The notes beneath the pieces were generated by a model that had not been told where the DNA came from, ran no database searches, and worked only from the letters and a program-made list of their open reading frames with translations. The position numbers and the translations under genes were made by a program. DNA of 64,000 nt from Callorhinchus milii (lineage: Eukaryota): contig NW_024704744.1 of the NCBI RefSeq assembly GCF_018977255.1, positions 46,190,001 through 46,254,000 of the forward strand, read 5' to 3'. Shown piece after piece: positions 13,040 to 25,708 of this stretch (within the stretch, counting starts at the first letter, position 1; each line of letters begins with the position of its first letter).

Positions 13040-13325
13040 GTGTGTCAGCTCAGTTGATAGTTACTGTGACCTCTGAGTCAAAAGGTTGTGGGTTTAAGCT
13101 CCACTTCAGGACTTTGAACTCATCATCTGGCTGACAATCCAGTGTGATGCGGGGGAACCTCTGTATTGTTGGAGTTGCCATCCTTTGGATAAATCAGGAT
13201 TCTGTCTGCCTGTTCGAATGGAAATTTAAAATCCCATGGTTCTACTGGTGCGTCCTGGCCAATAATACCTGAAATAAAATTGGCCAATCATTTCATGGCT
13301 GTTTGTGGGTCATTGATATGCCCAC
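13040..13325 (+). mobile_element. Deu SINE
   Basis: gctcagttgatag..ctctgagtcaaaaggttgtgggtttaag head; atcccatgg and catggctgtttgtgggtcattg Deu core. Confidence 0.85.
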
Positions 13326-13344
13326 CTTAACAACTACTTTTCTT

Positions 13345-13462
13345 CCATGCCTATTCTCCCCTCTCCCGTCCCCCTTGCTTGGTATCTATCCGTCACTGTA
13401 AAGTGCTCTGAGATGTTATTCAATGTGAAGGGCACTATATAAATGCAAGTTGTTGTTATTGT
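13345..13462 (+). mobile_element. L2 3' tail
   Basis: cactgtaaagtgctctgagatg..gtgaagggcactatataaatgcaagttgttgtt. Confidence 0.75.
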
Positions 13463-14274
13463 TAAATGAGTTGGGAGTGCACTGCACAGGGGGAATGAAA
13501 TGCCATTTATTTGCCTAGCACAGTGAGTTACAATGTTAATTAGTTTGGACAGGGATTCATCAATTTGCATTTTGTGACTTGTGCTCATTTCCGCAGGACA
13601 TGACTTTAACCTTGACTCCCAGGTGATGCTATTGCCATCACTGGCATTCAAATCCGGCTTCAGCATTTGAATGTGTTGTTGCCAGCTTTGTGGCCCTGTC
13701 CATTTATACCACAGGGCAATGGACCGTGTCCTACTGTGCAAAGAACGGTCAGCCCTCCCTGTCCAGTTCGCTTCTTCGACACTGCTGTTCCTGCTGAGCA
13801 GAATGCAAAAAGAAAAGGACCTGCTTTTCTTTAATAATACCCATACATTAAAAAGAATCTTTGATTTTTTTCCCCCAAGCCAGGATTATTTTTAGTGAGG
13901 CCCTGAAGGGACTGTCTGCCAATCAGCTCTATCTGAGTACCAGCATCTGTAATAATATCCATTAACTTTATATTAATAGCTAATAAAACTACCTGGAATG
14001 TTGCCTCCTTGCAAGCATATAAAAAACAAAAGGTTTCATATTTCTTGTGTTTTTTCACCATTTCACGCACCTTTGAAACAAACAAATTGTATAGTTAGTC
14101 TCTATTTGGCATAATGTAACACAGAGAAGCAACCTCAGCAGCTGCTGATATGAGTCACAGCAGCAAAGGTGAACTTTTTTCTCCCACTTGTTCTTATTTT
14201 TAAATTGTTTTTACCTTTTGTCTGGCCAGCTAATGTGTGTGTGTGTGTGTGAGGGGGGAGGTTTGGTTTCTTAT

Positions 14275-14597
14275 TATGAGAGGTTTTCTCCAAGAGAGAG
14301 GTAAGTCACTGATGAGAGGGCATCAGTTTAAGATAATCAGTAAAGGGGGAGATTAGGAGGATTTATTTATATACAGAGGATTTTTAGGACGTGGAATGCT
14401 GGGTGCAGTGGTCAAGGTAGGATCAATATTAGCTTTCAACAGTGAACCAGATAGATATCTAAAAAAGGAGTTATTTGTAGATGTATGAGGAATAGGTAGG
14501 TAAATGGGATTCAATGGATTACTTGTTGAAAGAGTTAGCACAGATATGATACCTTTAATGGCCTTCTTCTGTGCTTTAAACTTCTATAATTCTATAG
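14275..14597 (+). mobile_element. CR1 3' end
   Basis: gagagggcatcagtttaagata..cagagg..tggaatgct..aatggccttcttctgtgct..ttctataattctata tail. Confidence 0.8.
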
Positions 14598-15413
14598 ATG
14601 GGTTCTGTGGGCTATGATGATTCCTGCTATTCCAGTGCAGTGGGATGGTTATGTGGATATACAGTGGTGTGATTGTATTGGTAAACATGTGAGGGAGGTT
14701 TCCTGAGGCATTCCTGGCACCTGAATCCCAGTGACTCGGGGGAAGGACATGCATGTGGTATGATAGAGACTGTGCGGTCACTTGGGACTAAGTGTCCAGT
14801 CTAACCAGTTTAACCCATCCAATGGATGCAGAGAATTCAAAGAGCATATGGAAGGTTTCACTATAGGCATTTAAGCAACATATTGCACAATAAGATTGCT
14901 TATAATTAAAACAGACCACTTTTTGTTTTGGTAAATAAATAAATCTAAATGTGACAAAATGTGAGATGCCATGTTTTACTATGCCCCTTATAGGTTGTGA
15001 TTATCGGAACCTTTTGTTCATCCCTCCTCTGAAACCTCTTCGCCTTAAAGTAAAGAAATAATTGCACAATGTATATTTATAACCTGTACTTCAATCGGCA
15101 TACAGTACAGGATGTATCCCATTGTATATTTAATATATTATCTAAGTGATAATGTCTGTCAATCCCAAGCGTACACGGCAATAAATGGCTTTTGTGCTAA
15201 TTAAATGCCACAGGCCATGGCATTTAATCAATGTGGGAGAGATGCTGTTGCCAAGTAAACTTGGGAAGAGCAGAGGCTAGAGTTATAGATACAGTAATAG
15301 ATACATAGAGAGAAGGAATGCTCAACTGGGAACCATGAAGCCCAGAATTGATGGATCTCTGAAGGAAGACCCGATAAGTCACAAATGCTGAAATCACAGG
15401 AGAAATATCAAGA

Positions 15414-15558
15414 CCCTTAAACCTGAGTTTGTCAATTAAAAATAACCCCCTGAATGGGATACTTCAGTAGCTAATTACAAACCCAGATTTTATCCCACTA
15501 ATTAGCCATTGAGCGATCCGTTTACATTTTTTTTTAATTGACAAACTTGGGTGAAGGG
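15414..15558. repeat. Imperfect ~145-bp palindrome (MITE-like)
   Basis: ccctt..agtttgtcaattaaaaa pairs with tttttaattgacaaact..aaggg; inner ttcagtagctaatta pairs with taattagccattgag. Confidence 0.8.
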
Positions 15559-16183
15559 CCAAGACCTCCAGAGCAAATCGTGATGAAATAAGTTTGTTAA
15601 AAAAACATAGTATATCATTTTAAAAACTCAAATTTTGATTTGGCTGTTACAATATGAAAGTTGCGATAGTACGTCCTCTCTCCGCTCTAAAAGCCCTTTA
15701 TCTCGGAAACCCCTGAGTGGGTGAAAGGATGAAATTAGTGGGGTTGCCGCAGGGCAAAGTGGAAGTCACTTGAGGGTAGACTTGGAAAATGGCTGAGGCT
15801 TTAATTCCTGACTTCAGGTACATATGCAAATATTTGGAACAGAGGAGTTTGCTCATGTTACTTGCCATGTTAATTCCATACAATGGACAAACTAGATTAA
15901 AAAAAAGTGACCTCTTTGGGTTTTATATCAAACCCTGGAACTCAAAAACTTGAGGAAGCTCACTGACTAATGCTTGAAATCGGGTTTAATTGTGCGCTGA
16001 GATGAATGATAGGGATTTTGTTCTTAAAATCCTTGGAGATCCATGGCAGAATGGATGGCAATTTGGATTTGTCGTATTGAAACAGGTCCAGAAATTATTT
16101 AGAATCACCTTAGCCATGTTATCTCTTATCCATGAAATATATACTAGTACCTGAAAGAGCAGCAAATTTATTTTGTATTTTAG

Positions 16184-16337
16184 AGGACACAGCCTAGAGC
16201 TTCTCTCTGGGAGAGTGTGCTGACAGGTTACTGTCAGTGCTGTGTCTGCCTCCCTTGACACTTGGCCCAGTAGTTGTGAGAAGCTTTCAAATTGAATCGC
16301 TCCTTTTGGGACACCTGATCCATCATGTCAGATGTTG
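16184..16337 (+). other. Candidate spliced exon (5'UTR plus possible start codon)
   Basis: Acceptor ttttgtattttag|, donor TTG|gtaagt, first ATG at 16325 in atcATGt context; no transcript evidence. Confidence 0.3.
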
Positions 16338-16933
16338 GTAAGTAGGATTTTTAATTAATTTGAAAAAAAATTAAACTGTTAGTAATTTTGGTGCACTATT
16401 CGGATTATTTTGCAGCAATGTGGTGAGATAGGTGCATTCCCCAGTGCCCGTAACCAGTGCTGGCAAGGTCTCAGCATGGCCCTAATACTGATTGATACCC
16501 CTTTCCCTTGGTGAACTGCAAAAGAGATGGAGTTCCAGAAAAGGCTAAAGAAGATGNAAAAAATAAGGCTGAATTGTTTGTTCTGAGGCATTGTCCTTGT
16601 AAAGAGATCTTCACAAATATTCTCTCTGTCTGCTTCTCCCAACTCCTATGCCCTGCTCTTACTCTCTAATTGTAAGCTGCAGTTGGGTTTGAAAAATGTA
16701 GGATTGCTGCCAATCAGGGTTGGGAACCAGGAAATCTCTTTTTTTTGAGTGTCACTCTGAAAATTTCTAAAAATTGAAGTGAAGAAGATCAAAAGTCTAA
16801 TTTTTGTAATCGATATTTTAGTGCTTACATTCTGCATCTTATGACATGGAGGCATCAATGATAAAAGCTGCTAAGAATTTCTATGATTTTTTTGTCATCG
16901 GAAAAGAAAAATTCAGGACTCAAGCCATGATCC

Positions 16934-17122
16934 CAACAACAACAACAACAACAAGATTGCATTTATAGAGCGCCTTTCACGTCGGGAGGACGTTCCAAGG
17001 CGCTGGATAGTTGGGTCGGGACCCGAGCAGGGGAGAACTGGTCAGGGTGAGGGGAGGGAAGGGAGGGAGCGAGGAGGGGTAGAGAGTTGAGAGGGGAGCT
17101 GAAGGCACGGTTGAAGAGAACC
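16934..17122 (-). mobile_element. Young L2 3' tail
   Basis: (aac)n tail then gcatttatagagcgcctttcacgtcgggaggacgttccaaggcgct with CpGs intact. Confidence 0.9.
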
Positions 17123-17449
17123 TCCTGTTAGACACCTCCTTCCTCCCTGCCCAGCTTTGAACTTGCAAAGAATACCCATTTAACTCCCGCACCTTCCTGT
17201 CCTCTTTTACCTCAGTCTTTTTCAGTCTCTCTATTATCATTTACTATTGTGCCAATTACTTGGGTTTAAAAAGTGCTACTTGGGGAAAATAACGTTGTAA
17301 ATGGTACCTTGTGCCCCTGGAATATATGAAGTGTCCTGTGCAGGAAATCTCTTGTACATTTGCCCAACAAGCATCTTTTAAATCATTGTTTAACAATAAT
17401 AAAAAATACCATGTCCATGCCTAATATTCTACCTCACACAGAATTATAT

Positions 17450-17948
17450 TCACAAGTTCACAAGATTGGTCTGGCTGAAGAAGGTCCTTCGGCCATCTGA
17501 TCTCATCCTTCCTGTACACCCACCCTACCATACCCTCATCACTGCATCAAGCTGCTTTTTAAATGAGTCTAATGCCCTGTCCTCTACCACTGGCAACCTA
17601 TTCCAGCTATTGATTACCATACGCATGAAGAAAAACTTCCTGATATCTGTCCTGAAATTGCCCTTTACAACTCTAAACCTATGTCTTCTTGTCCGACTAT
17701 CATAATACCTCCTAAAGTAATGATTGGGTTTACTTTTTCAATCCCATTTAAAATGTTATACATGTCTATGAGATCCCCTCTAAGGCAGCTTCTCTCAAGA
17801 CTGAAGAGTCCTATCTTGTCTGGTCTTTGGACATAGCTCTAACACAAGAGATCATTCTTGTTGCTCTTCTCTGTACGTCTCTAGGGCCTGGTCAGCCCCT
17901 TTACGTCACGATAACCAGAACTTTACACAGTATTCAAGTGCGGTCTAC
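17450..17948 (-). mobile_element. CR1 3' fragment (RT end plus 3'UTR)
   Basis: gaagaaggtccttcggccatctgatctcatcc terminus; agatcccctctaaggcagcttctctc; ccagaactttacacagtattcaagtgcggtct is the reverse of RPHLEYCVQFW. Confidence 0.85.
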
Positions 17949-17954
17949 AGAGCT

Positions 17955-18200
17955 ACATGGAGTGATAAGTCACAGAAACTGACCATTTGGCCCAACCAGT
18001 CTGTGCCAGTGTTTATACTCCAGATGAGACTACACTCCTCCTAGGCCCCTCTCCCTCAAGTATGCGTCGTGGTTTCTTTTAAATACAATGATGCTATTTT
18101 CTTCAACCACAGCTTCCGCATGTGAGTTCCCCACATTCCCATCACCCTCTGTGGTGAAGATGTTCCTCCTATTAGATCTACTATTAGCTATGGTATATTT
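17955..18200 (-). mobile_element. CR1 3'UTR fragment
   Basis: cacagaaactgaccatttggcccaaccagtctgtgccagtgttta; catcaccctctgtggtgaagatgttc. Confidence 0.7.
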
Positions 18201-20184
18201 ATATTTAAAATCGCTTAAGGTAAGATTTAAGATAAGTTAGATCTTATCTTAATGGATTATGTCTCTTGAAAAAACACTTCAGCACATATAGTAATTAGAT
18301 ATATTAAGATACAGTGTACTGCTGGGTAACTCAAGGTGTTTTAAACTTCAAGAGCTAGTCCCTCTGATAGCTGTAGCTGCTAATAAAGTGCCATTATACA
18401 TTATACGCTGAGGTCCTTAACTCTGCTGTGATAGGGCCAACCACAGCTCACAGATACTAACTTTTTTCAATAAAATGCTTCAAATATTCATTGAACGGTT
18501 ATTTAATACAAAGAAAAACAGATTCTGATAAGTTTCAATCATATGCTCAGGCCGTATCCTCAAAACACCCTGTTTAAACCTAACTCTTACATTTGTGCTA
18601 GCAGTGAAAATGGTTGAAATGCTGTCTCCTGTATGCAAATCCAAGTGTAATGATCCAGACTGTGTTTAACGCCCTGTTTATCTGCCAGAATACTTCAGTA
18701 ATGCGTTAAACAAAACCGGTTCTGAACTAGCCTGGGGCTGCTAGTGCTGGGGTCCTGTCCCATTTACATTGCAGGGAGGAATGCAAACCAGTAACAGTAC
18801 CACGGGATCAACTGTGCATGCGCCAACTTGTGCTTGTGAAGAGTTTTACAAGCCTTGTCTTTATTTTGCTTACTTCCAGATATCTGGGAAACGTCTATGA
18901 TCCACCAATGGAAAAAAAATCCTGTATAACTGTCCTACGGTGTGTGCGATTGTGTGGAAAGGGGGCTGATAGTTAAATGAGTTGAACCTGGCAACTAGTC
19001 CACCCAGAGGCAGTGGGAGTGGATCAGCTGATGAGCTGACCCTGGTCTCATGTGTGATTTTGACTGGAGGTTGGATGGGGACCCACCTCAGTAGGTAGTG
19101 GTGACCAACCTTGGAGGCTACAGCGACACTATGTAATACAGTCAATGTCATCGTTGTAACAGTGGCAGCGCTGGAATATAAACAGATAAGTGGGCCACAA
19201 TAGTAGCTCTTTTGTTCAGGTGCAGGATCTAAGTGCTGCCGTCAGCACATTAGTACAATCTATATGAAGTTCTTGACTAATTGAGGTGAACGCACGCTGG
19301 TTATGAGAAAGATCAGCTGCCAAGGAGAGGAGACCAAACATGCAGGCTTGCGTTGGGTATATGGTGTTATAAAGCAAGCCTGATTGCAGAGTGTAGTTAT
19401 TGCAGTGCATGTGCAGAGAGTGGCACTGCAGGCCGTGGGTCAGCAGCATAATCCTGTGAAACACTTCAAAAACATTATCGCTTCCCAAGTATCAAACGGA
19501 TTAGATTTCACATGAGAGAAGTTAATCCCCTGTTCCAGTGTCAGGGACTAGAGAGATGCTGGTGAATGGCTGTATCTCAAGATGTAAGAACACTGACTCC
19601 TAATAGCAGATCAGCACATTTTCTCTCCACAGGATTTGAAAATATAAGTTTTTTTTATTTGGATAAAAGCATTCCTCTTAACTCTTTCTTTGTGCTTGTT
19701 ATGTCCTTGCTTCTCTTTACTCATATAATTGTGGGGTGAAATTTGTGGTGAAGCTATATTTATCACATTGAATAGACTAGAGTAGATACCTCCCACTCCC
19801 CCCCACCCCACCCATACACACACACTTCCCCACTCATCTCTCTCTCTTGCCTGAAGTTGTTCTTACTGATGAAGTTGGAGAAGTCAGGGAGTTGATCTTC
19901 CAGCTTATGGAGTACATGCTGTGACTGCCAGTTAGTGCAAGATGAATTTTTAACTTTTTGAGGAGAGGTTTCCCACTAAACTATCTGTGATTGGTGAGCT
20001 GTACACCCAACACTGTGGACCCCCATATAAACTGACTTCACCATTGTAAATGGTCAGTGGGTAGGGTCCACCTCTGGCTCATTCAATGTGATAGACATCA
20101 AAAGGACTGTAAATCTTACCCTTATGACAATATCACCTCTGTATGTCCTCCATATTGTTCCATATGTTTATAAACATGTATTTA

Positions 20185-20400
20185 GAACCATAGAAATTAC
20201 AATGAAGAAGGACATTTGACCCATTGAGTCTATACTTGCACCAACTCCTCCATTACTCTAATCCTATTTCTCTGCTCCTTCCTCGTGCTGTTTTATCGGT
20301 ATTAGTCTGGAAATACCTCTCCAATTCTCTTTCAAATACTGCTTTGGTCTTAATTGTCAACAGCCACTTGTGGTAAAACATTCTATATGTAGCCTTTGTG
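20185..20400 (-). mobile_element. CR1 3'UTR fragment
   Basis: accatagaaattacaatgaagaaggacatttgacccattgagtct. Confidence 0.65.
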
Positions 20401-20925
20401 TGCTATCTGTGTTATTCTGCACTAGGTTCATTTAGCTTCTTTTTCTCTACACCCCTTAATTTTGAAATACTTATCTCTGTCTCTCTTGGGCATTGGATGC
20501 AATCAGGATCAAGGTCATGCATGATGCCCTTCAGAGTTCATTATCTTTGTGCATTTACAGTCCAGACTCTCACAAAGAGTGGCTCTGTTATCGATGAGGA
20601 CTGTGGGCAGTACCCAACATCCTTAAGGAGAGAGGGGAGAAAATTGGAGGAGACGGCAGATGTTGCTATGAAAAGTGTTTCCAACAACCAGGAAATTCCA
20701 ATCAGATGGTCTCATTGTTATATCTGTTTACTGCCAATGCCTTTGGAAGATACACAACTCATTTCATTTAGTAAACTTTTCCATCTTGATTGATTCCAAG
20801 TATATAGAAGAATACTCTCGAGGATGTAGATTTTACTGTACTTATAAAAACACACTGTATTTACATTTGTTTTTGTTTTTAAACTTCACTTACAGAAATA
20901 CCCTCACATTTTACATAGTTCATTT

Positions 20926-21280
20926 CAAGATCACAAGATTGGTTTGGATGAAGAAACCTTTGGCTCATCTGATCTCATCCCTCCAGAATACCTACCCTAC
21001 TGTCTTCCCATCACAGCATCAAGCTCCTTTTTAAATAACGCCGTTATACTGACCTTAACAACTCTTCTTGGCAACCTGTTCCAGTCGTTAATTATCCTCT
21101 GGATAAAGAAGAGCTTCCTGGTGTCTGTTCTAAAATTGCCCTGTATCTAAATTGCCTGAATACCTAGGTTCTCTTGTTCTAGTGCCTTGGTGCAATTGGG
21201 TTCACCTGGGTATACACCTCTATAAAGGTTGCTTCTGAAACATCTCCTCTCAAGACTGAAGAGCCGAAGCTTATCTAATT
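20926..21280 (-). mobile_element. CR1 3' fragment
   Basis: Same terminus as the 17450 copy (cacaagattggtttggatgaagaaacctttggctcatctgatctcatcc). Confidence 0.85.
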
Positions 21281-22754
21281 GTTACACAAAACCTGCTTCC
21301 AAAGTAAGAATCAGTTATCCCAAACTTCAAACTTAAAACTTGAGTTTTTTGAGTTTCTGTTTGGTAAATTTACAGATTTTTTTTGTTATTGAGCTCCTCC
21401 TATTTGAGGGACACACTGTTGAGGATTGGTAGATTAGTGACAAGAAGAAAATACTTTTTGTGAAATTTAAAAGTTCCACTATTGAAGGCAGCTTTCATCC
21501 ATTTCAGACTCTCTGAATACTTAATGTTTAGAATGACAAACAGAAGCAGGAGCATCTGGATCACTTTCATTAATTTGGATCCCATTTACTGCCATGAATA
21601 AAGTATCCATTCCCCTTCTGCCTGCTGATCAAAGAGAGCTCTGGGAATGTGCGATCCAAACTGCCCTGCTCCCAGAACATGGGATAGAGTGCTTGTCATA
21701 ACCTTACCCAGCAAACAAAATTAGAATAAATTGGAGAAAAATAAACTGCTGTGTTAAACAACTCATCTTGCAATTCTAAGTAACACTGTTTATTTGCCTT
21801 AAAGAAAAAAACACTGGGTTGTGAAGAATATGAACTTGATTTAAAGTTTTGTTTTCTTTTGATCCTTTCAACTTCCTTCAGGGTATCAGCAGCAAATGCT
21901 GACTGTAATTCCCATCCTGGGAATAATCAGGATGCACCGATTTTATTTGCATGTTGATGATGACACATGGGTTTGAGGTGTCAAGGTACATGAATCCAAT
22001 TTGAAGATAAATAACCTTCTCTGCAGGGTAGTGGCAAGGGTTCAGCATCTGGGGGAGTATGGAACATAGATAATGCCCCCTCCTGCCTAGACTTAATGGA
22101 AGAAAATAACTCTAGCAATGCCAGATCTACATAATGTTATCAACTTCACATCCCACTGCAGGTTATCATTATGTCTTTGGTTCTTTGCTGAAAATTCCCA
22201 CGTGGAAATGCCTTGCCAATCTGATGTGGATTTATTTTTATTATTATTTCTGTTGGTTTGATGCTTACCATACTACATCCAGTTAAGTGAACAACTGGAA
22301 CTTGCCTCTGTTGTGCACATGGATGAAGGCTTGGTTCCGACTCTCCACTTTTCAGGCAAACACAACCTTGAACTGAAGTGCTCCTCTTTCGAAATCATTT
22401 TCAGCATGGCATAGCAGGACATATGTTCTTACCTATAAAGCTTTAATAAAATAAAACCTTGTTCTGTGTTCACAAGTATGACTTTGCTTTTGTATTTTAT
22501 GGCTAGCAATTTAGTTGATAAGAAGCAAGTTGTGATGTCAAGAGATTTCCCAGTCGTAGGAATGGAAGGACCTAGGGCGTACATAGAGAACATGTAACTT
22601 ATGTTGTTATACTTCTGTCCTTAATTCTCCATTATTCATTCCTATTATGTATTGGAAAGTCTTTTTTTGTAATTAGTTAAATACTCGTCCCTGCATATAT
22701 TCATGTGAACACATAAACACAGAGATTCAGAGTCATCTATTTTAAGTCTTGATA

Positions 22755-22886
22755 GGTGTGCACAATTGGCTTCTGCATTTCGCCCACAAATATACGGTCA
22801 ATTCACTTTACAGTCTATTCTGTGAAGCGCTTTGAGACGTTGAGAAGACGTGAAAAGCCCTATATCAAATGCAAGAATTATTATTG
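22755..22886 (+). mobile_element. SINE 3' fragment with L2-type tail
   Basis: caattggct..gtgaagcgctttgagacg..tatatcaaatgcaagaattattatt. Confidence 0.85.
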
Positions 22887-22985
22887 TATAAGTGACCAAT
22901 TGCTGCTGTACAGACAAAATCATCTAGTCAACAGATAGTAACTTAATGAATACTCCAAAAATGGCCCCTGTGTCACTGTATTACA

Positions 22986-23190
22986 CTGGTGCAGTTGCCC
23001 ACGGGCCACTTTTGGGGCCTCAAGAAGTGGGCTTTTGAACACTGGACCAGTCCAGGCAAGACAATGCCAAATCAAAACTTTGTTTCCAGTAGCTACTGAG
23101 CTGCGATATCCATGGTGTGGCCACAAACGAAGAAAAATTCCACAAAGGAAAATGTATTTGGTTGGCTGACCAAAAAGTTGGCCACCGCTG
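22986..23190. mobile_element. hAT (Charlie-like) non-autonomous remnant
   Basis: Right end aaaagttggccaccgctg is the reverse of CAGCGGTGGCCAACTT; left subterminal gcccacgggccac..ggcc motif; no TSD visible. Confidence 0.45.
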
Positions 23191-23559
23191 GTGTGGCTAA
23201 TCCATATCAGTATCTTATAATATCAATTTTATTGTCTCGCCGTTCATTTCCAGCCATCAGAGTGAGCAGAGACTGACAGGGATTTCCAGAAGAGAAACCA
23301 TAACAAAAAGAAAGTTGGTTTATATGTACAATGTGAAAGCAAATGGAACTTTGATTATTGTCTCTCTGAAGTATGTGACTGAACTGCTTTTAATTGATAT
23401 TATTTTACAATCTGTGTTCCAGGGAGTTTGTCTCCATGTATGGATGTCCTTTTTCTCGCTCTCTAGTGAGGGATGAGATACATCACCAGTGATCCAAAAT
23501 CTCATTAAAATCTTAGTCTGTAAAACAACTTTGTCTTAAAATATAATATTGCTTATAAT

Positions 23560-23926
23560 TAATAATAATAATCCTTGTATTTGATATAGTGCATGATCAC
23601 GTCTTCTAGAAGTCTCAAAGCGCTTCACAGAATATTCTGTAAAGTGAATTGCATGTATGTTTGGGTGAAATGTGGCAGCCAAATGCACACAGCAGGGTCT
23701 CACAAACAGTTGTGGATTGAGTTAACAAATTATTATTTTTTTTGGAAGGAATTAGTACCCCCAGAAAAGCGATCCGCCAATTGACGAACAACCTGGTGCC
23801 TACTTACTGCTAGGTAAACAGAGGCGTGTGGAGCAAGGAAATTGCCCAACACTTTGCCCTGCCTGGGAAACAAACCTAGGTCTCTTGCTTGCGAGGCGAG
23901 TGCTCTAACCACTGAGCTACATGACT
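23560..23926 (-). mobile_element. tRNA-derived SINE, long form (tRNA head, CORE-like segment, Deu 3' part, L2 tail)
   Basis: Reverse head tagctcagtggttagagcactcgc; ccacacgcctctgtttacctagcagtaagtagg; tail aataatccttgtatttgatatag. Confidence 0.9.
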
Positions 23927-23928
23927 GT

Positions 23929-24043
23929 ATTTGTAGACAATCCTTCAATTCAGTCTTAATTTGGAAGCTGGTTTCTTTTTATGAATTGTGGAAAAAACAG
24001 CTTCAAAATTAAAAAGTAAATGTAAGAATTTTCTACAGTTCTG
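23929..24043. mobile_element. Palindromic MITE-like element, family copy 1
   Basis: ttaatttggaagctg / cagcttcaaaattaa arms; homologous to 38996-39113 and 48054-48100. Confidence 0.75.
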
Positions 24044-25159
24044 TGGCATCTTAAATTTTTAGGACAAAATGGTCTTACATGTTAAGGTTAAGTCACACTT
24101 CAAGTCTTGAACCCTACGTGTGTCAGTAAGCAGAGATGTGCTGCATTCATCTGATCTCTGGGGGTGCAGGGCATCTGAGCTAGGTTCATTCAATGTATGG
24201 TTTTCTGAATATGGGTTTCCCACTGGCATCTTGTTAAAGAGAAGGCGTGGAAGAGGTAATATTTGATCTTGTGATGCATATGTCTGCTTTCACTTGTGAT
24301 TTAATCTATGTGTGTGTTTGTGTGAGGGGGGAAGGCATCTGCTTTCCTCAGTAGTCTAGGGATGTTCCCATACTGTTCAGTGGGAACGGATGTCTGGCTT
24401 TGACTTTCTAAATACCTGGAGTTAACAGGCTTTGAAGCTAAAGCCATAACGGGAAGAAAACACGAGCTTCATCCCTCCATGCATGTATATTGCCGTCTGG
24501 AATATTTATGAATTATTTTGCTGTGCCAGAGAGTGTTAGATAGTGCGTGCGGTAAATGCTCAAAGCCAAAGGAGGGAGGTAACCCAGGTAACCCAGTTAC
24601 TAATAAAAACTTTAAAGTTGGAGTCAATATTTATTTTATTATACCCTGCGGTTAATTTTCCTTTTAAAAATTCTGGTGAAGAGTGCTTGAGCAAGATCCA
24701 GCATGCGCTTTGGGATGCCAATGTATAACAGTCCATCTGTTCAATTGCCTGCTGACATCAATTAACAGACGTTTGTAAGAACTTTTTCTATCATGCGACA
24801 GTTTTTCAAATGATCATGTTAACAAAGTGTACAATTATTAGAGCCACCAGCAAATGTCTATTTAACTGAATCTGTAACATAAAATGCACTGTTTTACACG
24901 TTAGTGTAAGTGTAGCCTGTGCATATAGGATATGTGTGGAGAAACTCTAGGTGTTCAACCTTAGATTATTACCAAATAATATAGCAGTAATGACGTCACA
25001 GTCATTAAGCTCCTTGCATGAATGTTGATCCACATCAACTACACAGATTGTCCTGAGAGACAACGATATACAGAAACACAGTCAAAATACACAGGGATCC
25101 AAATCTGAATAGGGTATGAATATGTATGTGTGTCTATGCGTGTGTATATGAGGAGGGAT

Positions 25160-25708
25160 ACCAGTTCTGGGCACCACACTATAGGAAGGATGTTAAGGCA
25201 TTGGAAAGGGTGCAGAGGAGATTTACGAGGATGGTACCAGGAATGAGGGACCTTGATTATGAGGAAAGGCTAGAGAGGCTGGGATTATTCTCATTGGAGC
25301 AGAGAAGGTTACGAGGAGACCTAATAGATGTCTTCAAAATCATGAGGGGATTTGATAGGTTGGAAAGGGAAACACTGTTTCCACTGGTGAGTGTGTCGGT
25401 GACTCGAGGTCGCATATTCAAAATAGTCTCTAAAAGAAGCCGAGGGGAGGTGAGAAGAAATGCTTTTAGCAGCGAGTTGTTGGAATCTGGAACGCATTGC
25501 CTGAAAGGGCGGTCGAAGCCGATTCGATAACTACTTTTAAAAACGCGGTGGACGGGTATTTGAGGAGGACGGGTTTGCAGTGCTATGGGGTAAAGGCTAA
25601 GGCATGGGATTGACATTAATAGCTCTATTCAAAGAGCCGGCACCAACTCGCTGGGCCGAATGGCCTCCTTTTGTGCTGTAAAATTCTATGATTCTATGAT
25701 TCTATGAT
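25160..25708 (+). mobile_element. Young CR1 LINE, 5'-truncated
   Basis: [63 protein letters not shown]; 3' gggccgaatggcctcc and (attctatg)3 tail. Confidence 0.97.

Noticed and set aside
16109-16150. Minus-strand 42-nt exon VLVYISWIRDNMAK resembling a serine protease C-terminus
   Set aside because: There is no GDSGGP or other protease exon nearby and the donor is weak; likely chance.
18227-18252. 10-bp hairpin ttaagataag/cttatcttaa
   Set aside because: AT-rich low-complexity inverted repeat, plausible by chance or slippage.
19340-19390. pre-miRNA-like hairpin caggcttgc..gcaagcctg
   Set aside because: The stem is too short and G-U rich, and it matches no miRNA I recognise.
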